DNA of 64,000 nt, taken from an uncultured Verrucomicrobiae bacterium. Lineage in GTDB: Bacteria > Verrucomicrobiota > Verrucomicrobiia > Limisphaerales > DASXHY01. Position 1 is the stretch's first letter; each line of letters starts with the position of its first letter. A model generated the notes under the pieces. That model did not search any database. It saw only the letters and a list, made by a program, of their open reading frames with translations, and was not told the DNA's origin. The stretch is taken from positions 4,254,456-4,318,455 of the forward strand of contig OY969416.1 of NCBI GenBank assembly GCA_963699145.1, written 5' to 3'. Below, piece after piece: positions 45,818 through 54,053 of the stretch. The translations under genes were made by a program, and so were the position numbers.

Positions 45818-46044
45818 TATGCGATCGAATTGCCTGAGAGAGATTTTCGAAATTGTGAGGAACTGGAATTACTACGCGGCGTCGCCACGAACTCGGAAAT
45901 CTTCGTGACGAAATCCAATCGGTTCGCCTTGGCCGCGAGTTCGTGCTGAAACGCTCGCCACCGCACCACAAAAGGGGTCGGGCGAGCCCGGAAAAGCTGC
46001 GTTTTACCGATCAAATCGGCCTGGTTTTCAACGTTGTTTCCCAT
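45817..46044 (-). CDS. Hypothetical 75-aa ORF abutting the NRPS start (TAATG overlap)
   Basis: MGNNVENQADLIGKTQLFRARPTPFVVRWRAFQHELAAKANRLDFVTKISEFVATPRSNSSSSQFRKSLSGNSIA has no recognisable family and lacks MbtH signature tryptophans. The only support is the stop/start overlap with the NRPS. Confidence 0.3.
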   Translation of the reverse strand: MGNNVENQADLIGKTQLFRARPTPFVVRWRAFQHELAAKANRLDFVTKISEFVATPRSNSSSSQFRKSLSGNSIA

Positions 46045-46214
46045 AGGATGCCCGCCAGCGTATTACGTTGATTCGAAGGGGAGTAAGTGGGTGAAAACCT
46101 TACCCGACGGGTGGAAACACCCTAAGAGAAAAGAAACCTCGCTCTACGCTCCAAAGCGCTGGGCATCGTGGGTGTCCCGGCAAACCAAGTAGCCGCAGAC
46201 GTGAGTCTGCGTTC

Positions 46215-46252
46215 ATAAAACAAAAGAGAATAGCCCGCCGAAACTTCAGCGG
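46215..46252 (-). terminator. Candidate intrinsic terminator downstream of apt
   Basis: The minus strand reads CCGCTG-AAGTTT-CGGCGG (6-bp stem including one G-U pair), followed by GCUAUUCUCUUUUGUUUU. Confidence 0.4.
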
Positions 46253-46264
46253 TTAGGAATTGCC

Positions 46265-46795
46265 TCAATACATCACCACCGACCGCACTTTGTGCCCCTT
46301 CAATCGGTCGCGCCCATTGAGAAATTTCAACTCAATCAGGAAGGAAATCTCCAGGATTTGCGCACCCAGTTTTTGGACCAGCGACGCCGCCGCCGCGGCC
46401 GTGCCGCCCGTGGCCAGCAGGTCATCAATCAAAAGCACGCGCGCGCCGGGCTTCAGCGCATCCACGTGCATCGCGATGGACGCCGTGCCGTATTCCAAAT
46501 CATATTCCTGGTCGTAGGTCTTATACGGAAGCTTGCCCTTTTTGCGAACCGGAACAAAACCGGCCTCCAGCCGAATCGCCGCCGCCGACGCGAAAATAAA
46601 TCCGCGCGCATCGATCCCCACCACCGCATCCACCTGCCCCGGCTTGAAACCATCAATCAGCAAATCAATGCAGCCCGAGAAAAGCTTGGCATCGGCGAGC
46701 ACCGGCGTGATGTCCTTGAACTGAATCCCCGGTTTGGGGAAATCGGCAACATTTCGAATGGCGCGCTCGATATCAGCCGGCTTCGTTTGAATCAT
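46265..46795 (-). CDS. apt: Adenine phosphoribosyltransferase
   Basis: FPKPGIQFKDITPVL..., GIDARGFIF, VLLIDDLLATGGTA are canonical Apt motifs. Confidence 0.95.
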   Translation of the reverse strand: MIQTKPADIERAIRNVADFPKPGIQFKDITPVLADAKLFSGCIDLLIDGFKPGQVDAVVGIDARGFIFASAAAIRLEAGFVPVRKKGKLPYKTYDQEYDLEYGTASIAMHVDALKPGARVLLIDDLLATGGTAAAAASLVQKLGAQILEISFLIELKFLNGRDRLKGHKVRSVVMY

Positions 46796-46848
46796 GCGTA
46801 GTGTTTAGGCGGGCAACGCGATGCTGCGCAAGGAAATTCTTTGGGCAT

Positions 46849-46920
46849 GAAACGTAAAACGTGAAACGGGAATTTTGCAGAACGCCCCGCAAACATTCAC
46901 GTTTCACGCCTCACGTTTCA
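46849..46920. repeat. Inverted repeat with short-tandem-unit arms (GAAACGT.../...ACGTTTC) just downstream of rpoD
   Basis: GAAACGTAAAACGTGAAACGG (46849-46869) pairs with CACGTTTCACGCCTCACGTTTCA (46898-46920) in 7-bp and 9-bp complementary blocks around an internal loop. Confidence 0.55.
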
Positions 46921-46922
46921 GA

Positions 46923-48014
46923 CTATTTTACCTTCGCCGCCTCCAGCTTCTCAATCATCTTGCGCAGTTTCTTCAGCGCGATGTTTTGAATCTGCCGGAC
47001 GCGTTCGCGCGTGACACCAAATTTTTCGCCAACCTCCTCCAATGTCCGCTCCGGGCCGCCATCCAGCCCGAAACGAGCGCGCAAAATCGTCGCCTCGCGC
47101 GGGTCCAGCGTCTTCACCATTTCCTGCAGCATGCGCGTGACGGTCTTTTCCTCGAGTTGCTCATATGGCGTATCGGCGGCCTCATCCTGGACCACCTCGG
47201 CAAAATTATTCGAATCTTCATCGCCAATCGGCGCATCCAGCGAGGCCGGGCGAATCGCCGCCAAACGCATTTGCGCCACGCGCGATGCGCTGATGCCGAG
47301 TTCCCCGCCCAATTCATCATCCGTGGGTTCGCGGCCCAATTCCTCCTGCAACCGCATCGCCGTGCGGCGCATTTTGGAAATCTTATCGACGAGATGCACC
47401 GGCAATCGGATCGTTTTCGATTGGTTGGCCAGCGCGCGCTTGATGGATTGCTTGATCCACCAGGAACCGTAGGTCGAAAGCTTTCCGCCTTTGGAAGGGT
47501 CAAAACGTTCGACCGCCTTCATCAGGCCGATATTCCCCTCGCTGATAAGATCGAGCAACGGCAAACCGATGCCTTCGTAATCGCGGGCAATCTTCACCAC
47601 CAACCGAAGATTCGCCTTGATCATCTGCTCGCGCGCCTTTTTGTCGCCCTTCTTGATGCGCGCGGCCAATTCGATCTCTTCCTGCGGCGTGAGCAATTTA
47701 ACCTGGCCGATCTCGCGAAGGTAAAGTTTGATCGCCGTGTCGCCGTCGTAACTCGTGCGTTCACGTTCCACGTGGGCCACCGGCGCTTCCGCCTTGGGGA
47801 CAATCGCGGGAAGCTCGAGCTCGCCCGGCTTGTGAAAACCGTTCTCGGCTTTTCCGGAGTCCTCCGCCGTTTCCTTGGCGGGCTCGGCCGGTTTCATCGC
47901 CGCGCCACGTGCCGGTTGCAATTTTCGGGCTTGAACCGTGGTCGTGCGGCCGTGGGAATTGTGGTTCTTTCGGCCACCCGATTTTTGCTTTTTAGCTTTC
48001 GCAGCCATGATCAT
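46923..48014 (-). CDS. rpoD: RNA polymerase sigma-70 factor (primary-type, short N-terminus)
   Basis: Regions 1.2-4 are present: IKLYLREIGQVKLLTPQEEIELA, ANLRLVVKIARDY, LLDLISEGNIGLMKAVERFD, STYGSWWIKQSIKRA, TLEEVGEKFGVTRERVRQI. Confidence 0.93.
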   Translation of the reverse strand: MIMAAKAKKQKSGGRKNHNSHGRTTTVQARKLQPARGAAMKPAEPAKETAEDSGKAENGFHKPGELELPAIVPKAEAPVAHVERERTSYDGDTAIKLYLREIGQVKLLTPQEEIELAARIKKGDKKAREQMIKANLRLVVKIARDYEGIGLPLLDLISEGNIGLMKAVERFDPSKGGKLSTYGSWWIKQSIKRALANQSKTIRLPVHLVDKISKMRRTAMRLQEELGREPTDDELGGELGISASRVAQMRLAAIRPASLDAPIGDEDSNNFAEVVQDEAADTPYEQLEEKTVTRMLQEMVKTLDPREATILRARFGLDGGPERTLEEVGEKFGVTRERVRQIQNIALKKLRKMIEKLEAAKVK

Positions 48015-48171
48015 TTTATGCCTTAAGTTTTAACCGTTTCACCACAAGCTAATTAACACCGCCGCCCTCTCTTCGTTGTTTTAAATGATTTAACAAATCA
48101 ATGAATGTGACGATATAGGTTGTGTTGCCCAAAAAACCCCGCATTTCAAAGGTATTACACATATTGACGTC

Positions 48172-48882
48172 TCAACGCCGGTCGCGGGCCACCGAAATCC
48201 AATATAAAAGTTGTAACAAAGCGGTGACGAGCGCCGCCACGTAAGTCATCGCCGCCGCGCTCAACACCTGGCTCACCGCGGCCCGCTCATCTCCAGTTAC
48301 GAGTCCCAGCCGAAACAATTGTTCCTTCGCGCGCCGGCTCGCATCGAACTCCACCGGAAGGGTTATGGCTTGAAACAGCGCAACGATAGCAAACAAGACA
48401 ATGCCCACAACCATCAGGTGCGAAAACGTCGACCCTGCGATGATCCTCATGTAATGCAGCATCACGCTGCCGCCCAAAATGAAATAAGACGCGCTGGTCG
48501 CGAAATTGGTAACCGGCACAATCGCCATCCGGAAATTCAGCGGCGCATACGCCGCCTTTTGCTGCAACGCATGACCCGCCTCATGCGCGGAAACACCCAC
48601 CGCCGACAGGGAGCGTTCATGGAAATTCGTGGAGGACAAAAACAAAGCGCGTTTCTTCGGATCGAAATGATCGGTCAAATTTCCCGGAATTTCTTCGACG
48701 GGAATATCCTGCAAACCCGCATCATCCAGAATGCGCCGCGCCGCCTGAGCCCCCGTCACCCCGGACTCCGCCGGCACCCGCATAAATTTTCCATAAGTGG
48801 TGGACAGCTTGAATTGCGCATACAGACCCAGGAGCAAACCCGGAAGGGCGAACACCAAATACAACGGATCAAAATAGAACAT
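48172..48882 (-). CDS. YugP-family membrane zinc metallopeptidase
   Basis: Likely start is MFYFDPLYLVFALPGLLLGLYAQFKL (ATG 48882). HExxH motif is VSAHEAGHALQ. C-terminal TM helices are present. The ORF-track N-terminal extension runs through a REP hairpin (TGKMPVPL). Confidence 0.85.
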   Translation of the reverse strand: MFYFDPLYLVFALPGLLLGLYAQFKLSTTYGKFMRVPAESGVTGAQAARRILDDAGLQDIPVEEIPGNLTDHFDPKKRALFLSSTNFHERSLSAVGVSAHEAGHALQQKAAYAPLNFRMAIVPVTNFATSASYFILGGSVMLHYMRIIAGSTFSHLMVVGIVLFAIVALFQAITLPVEFDASRRAKEQLFRLGLVTGDERAAVSQVLSAAAMTYVAALVTALLQLLYWISVARDRR

Positions 48883-49046
48883 ACAACCTGATGAGCGAGT
48901 TTCATGCTCACTCAGGTTGGGGCGGAAATTTCCACGATATCGTTCAAATCCATGGAAATATGGAGAATCCAGGAAAAACAACTGAGCCAGAACCCGCTCC
49001 CTGACACACCCGCTGTCCCAAACTGTGCGATTCTGGCGCACCTTTA

Positions 49047-49113
49047 GTGGCACGGGCATCTTGCCCGTGCGGATCAAATCCTTCCCTTCACGGGTACGAT
49101 GCCCGTGCCACGC
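49047..49113. repeat. Two inverted copies of the GTGGCACGGGC hairpin repeat
   Basis: GTGGCACGGGCA-TCT-TGCCCGTGCGGATC (49047-49075) and TCACGGGTACGATGCCCGTGCCACGC (49088-49113, the reverse-complement orientation of the same unit). They lie between proS and the YugP gene. Confidence 0.65.
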
Positions 49114-49121
49114 ACTTTCGC

Positions 49122-50846
49122 TCAGTGCGTCTGCGGCATTAATTGATCAATCAGCTCCATCACCTTTGCCACCGCCTCCTCGGGCTTGATCGCCAGCATC
49201 GCCCCGCCCCGCGGCTTGATTTCCACCTCACCCTTGGCCAGCGATTTTTCCCCGATCCCAATGCGAATCGGAAACCCGACCAATTCGGAATCCTTGAACT
49301 TCACTCCCGGCCGTTCATCGCGATCGTCCAGAATCACATCCACGCCGCGAGCCGTCAGGTCGGCATACATTTTTTCCGCGAGCTGCATCACCGCGCTGTC
49401 CGCCACGATACTCAACGGCGTGATGCACACCGTGAACGGCGCCACGCTCACCGGCCACACGATGCCGTCCTTATCGTTGCTCTGCTCGATGACCGCCTGC
49501 AAGGTGCGCGTCACCCCGATGCCGTAGCAGCCCATCACGCACAACTTCCGCGAGCCATCTTCCGCCAGATAAGTGGCGCCCAGTTTATCGCTATACTTGG
49601 TTCCGAGAATAAACACGTGCCCGACTTCAATGGCGCGCCGGATTTTCAGCGATTTGCCGCACTTCACACACGGCTCGCCCGCCGTGACCGTCCGCAAATC
49701 CGCCCATTTCGTCACCTGAATATCGCGCTCGATGGAGACACTCTTGAAATGAAACCCGTCCTCGTTCGCGCCGGTCGTCATGTCATTGGCACCACGCAAT
49801 CGTTCATCGGCATACACCGAAAACTTCTTCACACCCACCGCGCCCAGACTCCCCGGATGCGCACCGAGCGCCTCAAAAATTTCCGTAGCCTCCGCCGCCC
49901 GGAAAATCGTCGTGCCCAACACGCCCGCAAGTTTGGCCTCGTTGAGTTGGTCGTCACCGCGAATCAAAATCAACACCGGCTTGCTGTCCGCCATGTAAAT
50001 GAGCGTCTTGATCTGCCGATTGGCTGCAACCTTATAAGGTTCCTTGGTCAACGCCTCAATCGTCACCACCCCGGGCGTCGCAAATTTCTCAATCGCCGCG
50101 CCGATTTCCCGCGCCGCGGTTTTGGGAATGCCGCTGGTCGCCTTCTCCACATTGGCCGCGTACCCGCACGCCTCGCAAAACACCACTTCGTTCTCACCTG
50201 TCTCGGCCGGCACCATGAACTCGTGCGAAAAATTTCCGCCAATGACGCCCGTGTCCGCTTCCACCGGAAAATTCTTCAAACCGCAGCGATCGAAAATGCG
50301 TTTGTACGCGTCATACATCTTTTTGTAGCTGGCCATCGCGGCTTCGTCATTCACATCAAAGCTGTAAGCGTCCTTCATGATGAATTCCTTCGCGCGCATC
50401 AGGCCGTAGCGCGGGCGGATTTCATCGCGGAACTTGATGCTGACCTGGTAAAAATTGATCGGCATCTGGCGATAGGAATTGATCTCACTCGCCGCCACCG
50501 TCGTGATGACCTCCTCCGCCGTTGGGCTGAGCAACCATTCCTTTTTCGCGCGATCGCGGACTTTGAACAAAACTTCCGCCGCCGTCTCATAACGCCCGCT
50601 TTTCTGCCAGATATCCGTCGGCTGCATCGTCGGCATCAACACCTCCAAAGCCCCCGCGCGATCCATTTCCTCGCGCACGATTTTTTCGACCTTGCGCAAC
50701 GCCCGCAGCCCAAGCGGCAAAAAAGTATAAACCCCGCCCGTCAGTTTGCGAATGAGCCCCGCGCGCAGCAAAAGTTTATGCGAAACGATTTCCGCATCGG
50801 AAGGCGCCTCACGGAGCGTCGGAACAAATGTCTTAGTCCACTTCAT
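49122..50846 (-). CDS. proS: Prolyl-tRNA synthetase (bacterial type with INS editing domain)
   Basis: MKWTKTFVPTLREAPSDAEIVSHKLLLRAGLIRKLTGGVYTFLPLG..., class II motifs and an anticodon-binding C-terminus. Length 574 aa. Confidence 0.95.
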   Translation of the reverse strand: MKWTKTFVPTLREAPSDAEIVSHKLLLRAGLIRKLTGGVYTFLPLGLRALRKVEKIVREEMDRAGALEVLMPTMQPTDIWQKSGRYETAAEVLFKVRDRAKKEWLLSPTAEEVITTVAASEINSYRQMPINFYQVSIKFRDEIRPRYGLMRAKEFIMKDAYSFDVNDEAAMASYKKMYDAYKRIFDRCGLKNFPVEADTGVIGGNFSHEFMVPAETGENEVVFCEACGYAANVEKATSGIPKTAAREIGAAIEKFATPGVVTIEALTKEPYKVAANRQIKTLIYMADSKPVLILIRGDDQLNEAKLAGVLGTTIFRAAEATEIFEALGAHPGSLGAVGVKKFSVYADERLRGANDMTTGANEDGFHFKSVSIERDIQVTKWADLRTVTAGEPCVKCGKSLKIRRAIEVGHVFILGTKYSDKLGATYLAEDGSRKLCVMGCYGIGVTRTLQAVIEQSNDKDGIVWPVSVAPFTVCITPLSIVADSAVMQLAEKMYADLTARGVDVILDDRDERPGVKFKDSELVGFPIRIGIGEKSLAKGEVEIKPRGGAMLAIKPEEAVAKVMELIDQLMPQTH

Positions 50847-50932
50847 GTGGCCGAAAGGTTAACCATAATGGAACCCGGGAACGAAAGAATTATTTGAACG
50901 GATTGAAACGCGGCCTGGGGAAAGCGTGCAAC

Positions 50933-51325
50933 TTAAAAATCCCTCGTCGAACCATCGCCGCTGGAATCTGACACGGAATCGCCAACGATCTTAAGGCTGT
51001 CGGACGAAGCGTTAGACAAAAGAATCTCGTTTGTACGTCCCGCCCATCTCAAAACAAAAAATGCCAGAATGCTCAAGAAAACCGTAGTGATCAGAATTGC
51101 CAGCAGAAAATAGTTCAGACTGCTATCCCCCACGAGAGCCCCGGCAAGCCAAAACCCCGGCTGATGAATGACCCGCACAAAACCTGGCGCGTCACCCGTG
51201 AATCCACACGGTCCGATGCCGCCTGCCAAAACTGAAACGACCGATATCACACCAAGCGCAGCCTCAACCGCAAACCCGACAATAAACGCCAGCAAAACAG
51301 CGGGAACTTTTCGCGCCTTGGTCAT
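50933..51325 (-). CDS. Hypothetical membrane protein
   Basis: A 130-aa ORF with ~4 predicted hydrophobic helices. Its ATG overlaps the FAH gene stop (ATGA). Confidence 0.5.
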   Translation of the reverse strand: MTKARKVPAVLLAFIVGFAVEAALGVISVVSVLAGGIGPCGFTGDAPGFVRVIHQPGFWLAGALVGDSSLNYFLLAILITTVFLSILAFFVLRWAGRTNEILLSNASSDSLKIVGDSVSDSSGDGSTRDF

Positions 51326-52077
51326 TTGACGGTATTTACCAATGGGTGCATCCCCTGAATCCGCACCTCCAGTTGATCGCCGGATTCAATCGGGCCGACG
51401 CCTGATGGTGTCCCGGTGAGGATAACGTCGCCTGGCAGCAGCGTCATGTTGGTGGAAACGAAGCTGACGATTTTGTAGCAGTCGAAGATGAGTTGATTCG
51501 TGTTCGAATTCTGCCGCAATTGCCCATTTTGAAACAATTGAATCGTCAAATCATGCGGATCGATCTTGGTTTCAATATACGGTCCCAGCGGCGTGAACGT
51601 GTCGAATGATTTCGCGCGCGTCCATTGACTCTCGCCACCCTGAATGGTGCGGTCGCTGATGTCCTGCGCGGAAGTGTAGCCGAGAATATAACGCGCCGCC
51701 GCCGCCGGCGTCACATTGCGCACCCGCCGCCCAATCACGATGCACAACTCCGCCTCGTAATCCGTGCGATGGTTGGCAAACGGAATTTCAATCTTGGCGC
51801 CATCGGGAATCAGCGACGTCGTCGCCTTGATCCAAAATAGCGGCTCTTTGGGCAGCGGTTTATTTTGTTCGCGCGCGTGGTCCGCGTAATTCAGGCCGAT
51901 GGCAATGACCTTGGACGGAACCACGGGAGTCAGCGTGCGCACGCCGCGCCTCGGAATGGGCTTGCGATCAAACGAAGGGGAGCCAAAAACATCTCCACGC
52001 AGCCGGTGGAGTTCGCCATCGATGACCTTGGCGTGGAAGATTTCGTCGCTTTTTTGAAATCGGCCAATGGCTGCCAT
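51322..52077 (-). CDS. Fumarylacetoacetate hydrolase (FAH) family protein
   Basis: IGLNYADHAREQNKPLPKEPLFWIK..., DYEAELCIVIG..., PGDVILTGTPSGVG. Confidence 0.88.
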   Translation of the reverse strand: MAAIGRFQKSDEIFHAKVIDGELHRLRGDVFGSPSFDRKPIPRRGVRTLTPVVPSKVIAIGLNYADHAREQNKPLPKEPLFWIKATTSLIPDGAKIEIPFANHRTDYEAELCIVIGRRVRNVTPAAAARYILGYTSAQDISDRTIQGGESQWTRAKSFDTFTPLGPYIETKIDPHDLTIQLFQNGQLRQNSNTNQLIFDCYKIVSFVSTNMTLLPGDVILTGTPSGVGPIESGDQLEVRIQGMHPLVNTVK

Positions 52078-52178
52078 ACAGCGGGCGCATTGTAGCGAGA
52101 CCGGCCCGTTTCCGCAACCATAATCACGATTTGGCAGCGACGGCCGAGCTTGCGCCGTCTGCGTCGCAAGTGACGTAT

Positions 52179-52223
52179 CGCAGGCGTCCCCGCCTGCGAG
52201 TTCCGGCGGCGTCTCGCCGCCGG
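52179..52223 (-). terminator. Two tandem GC-rich hairpins downstream of htrA (terminator/REP-like)
   Basis: CGCAGGCG-TCCC-CGCCTGCG (52179-52198) and CCGGCGGCG-TCT-CGCCGCCGG (52203-52223). No clear U-tract follows. Confidence 0.4.
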
Positions 52224-52237
52224 CCCATCAGCATGCA

Positions 52238-53827
52238 CTACTTCTTCTTCGTGTTATCCACGGTAATATAGAAACTGCCCCCGCCGTTGCCGCCGCTATT
52301 CGGCCGCCAAACCTTCAGCAGCACGCGCGCCCCGTGCGCCTTGTCGCTCAACTTCACGGCGTCGTCCGCCGTGCGCACCGTTTCGCGATTGATTTCCTGG
52401 ATGACATCGCCCTCGCGCACGCCGGCCTCTGCCGAATTCGAATTCTCATCCACGCTCGTCACCACGGCTCCGCGAACGCTGCTCGGAATCCCATATTGCT
52501 GCCGCGCATTCGAATCGATATCGCCCACCTCCACGCCATCGAGTGAATCATAATTCGAATCTTTTTGGTCGTCCGGCGCGTTGTTGCGGCCCGTCGTCTG
52601 GCCCGGCAACGTGCCCAGCGTGGCAGAAATCGTTTTCTCAACCGGCTTCTTGCCATTTTCCGCGCGCAAAAGGATCACTGTCACTTTGGTGCCGGGAGCC
52701 GTCTGGGAAATCATCAGGCGCAATTGCTGGCTGTCGGCAATCTTTTTGCCATCCACCTGGCGGATGACATCCCCATCCTGGATGCCAGCCTTGGACGCCG
52801 GCGTGCCCGTTTCCACATCCGTCACCAGCGCGCCGCTTTGATCCGGCAAACCGAATTCCTCCGCCAACTCCGGCGAGAGGCTTTGGATATCGACACCCAG
52901 ATAACCGCGCGTGACCTTGCCATATTTAATCAACCGCTCCATCACGCTGCGCGCCAGGTTCACCGGCACCGCAAATCCCACGCCTTGATAACCGCCGCTC
53001 TCGGAAAAAATCGCCGTATTGATGCCGATCAACCGTCCATCCGCATCCACCAACGCGCCACCGGAATTGCCCGGGTTGATCGCCGCATCCGTCTGGATGA
53101 AATCCTCATATTGATTGATGCCCAACGCCGTGCGCCCCGTCCCGCTCACGATGCCCATCGTCACCGTCTGCCCCACGCCGAATGGATTTCCAATCGCAAG
53201 CACCACATCGCCCACTTCCAGCTTGTCACTATCGGCCATGGTGATGATCGGCAAATCCTTGCCCGCAATTTTCAACACCGCCACGTCCGTCGGCGCATCC
53301 GCCCCGATGACCTTGGCCGTGAATTCCTGCCCGCCGTTCGCGAGCGCGACTTTGATTTCATCCGCGCCTTCCACCACGTGATTGGCGGTAAGAATGTAGC
53401 CATCAGCCGAAATGATCACGCCCGACCCCAAACTTTGCGAACGCTCCGTGCGCGGCTGCGGGCGCCGCCGGCCGCCGCGATTCCCCTGCCCCGGCATCTG
53501 CTGTTGCTGCTCCTGCCCATCTCCCGAGCCGTCATCGTCAGGCCCGAAAAACCGGCGGAAAAAAGGATCATTGAACATCGGATTATCGCGCTGGCGAACC
53601 GTGCGCGTGGAATAAATATTCACCACACTGGGCGCCACGCGCTTGACCACCGGCGCGAAACTGGTCACGCCGTGCGTGTCGCGCTCAATGGGCGCGCTGT
53701 CCATTTTGATCTGCGGAGGCGCATTCGTCTCGCGCCCCCACGAAGTAAATTGCACCGCCGCAAACACCATCACTCCGCCAACCACCGCCGGCCATAAACC
53801 CACCATCCATTTAGAAAATTGCTTCAT
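52238..53827 (-). CDS. Periplasmic serine endoprotease DegP/HtrA (Do family, two PDZ domains)
   Basis: N-terminal TM/signal sequence. Catalytic triad context TANHVV, DVAVLKI, GNSGGAL. Two PDZ-like repeats are present in the C-terminal half. Confidence 0.92.
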   Translation of the reverse strand: MKQFSKWMVGLWPAVVGGVMVFAAVQFTSWGRETNAPPQIKMDSAPIERDTHGVTSFAPVVKRVAPSVVNIYSTRTVRQRDNPMFNDPFFRRFFGPDDDGSGDGQEQQQQMPGQGNRGGRRRPQPRTERSQSLGSGVIISADGYILTANHVVEGADEIKVALANGGQEFTAKVIGADAPTDVAVLKIAGKDLPIITMADSDKLEVGDVVLAIGNPFGVGQTVTMGIVSGTGRTALGINQYEDFIQTDAAINPGNSGGALVDADGRLIGINTAIFSESGGYQGVGFAVPVNLARSVMERLIKYGKVTRGYLGVDIQSLSPELAEEFGLPDQSGALVTDVETGTPASKAGIQDGDVIRQVDGKKIADSQQLRLMISQTAPGTKVTVILLRAENGKKPVEKTISATLGTLPGQTTGRNNAPDDQKDSNYDSLDGVEVGDIDSNARQQYGIPSSVRGAVVTSVDENSNSAEAGVREGDVIQEINRETVRTADDAVKLSDKAHGARVLLKVWRPNSGGNGGGSFYITVDNTKKK

Positions 53828-54053
53828 AAAAATGTCATCAAATGCTCACACCTTTTCCCAGCTGAAAACTGATCGCACAACTCCAAATAAATCGCGCACG
53901 CCGCCGCGTGCAACTTCCCACTGAAATACCGTTTGTCAAAGCCGTGCGGGTAACACCCACCCAATACTACCTGGCGCCTCAACTTGGCAAGCTGAACAGT
54001 TTGACACGTTTCAACGATTGTTGTCTGATGGCGCAGCACGCGGAAGGATTAGC

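Noticed and set aside
45817-46044. The small ORF upstream of the NRPS as an MbtH-like protein.
   Set aside because: It lacks the conserved MbtH Trp/Pro signature (…SLWP…P.GW…). It is kept only as a low-confidence hypothetical ORF.
49143-50897. 584-aa plus-strand ORF opposite proS.
   Set aside because: It is a shadow ORF. proS on the minus strand is unambiguous.
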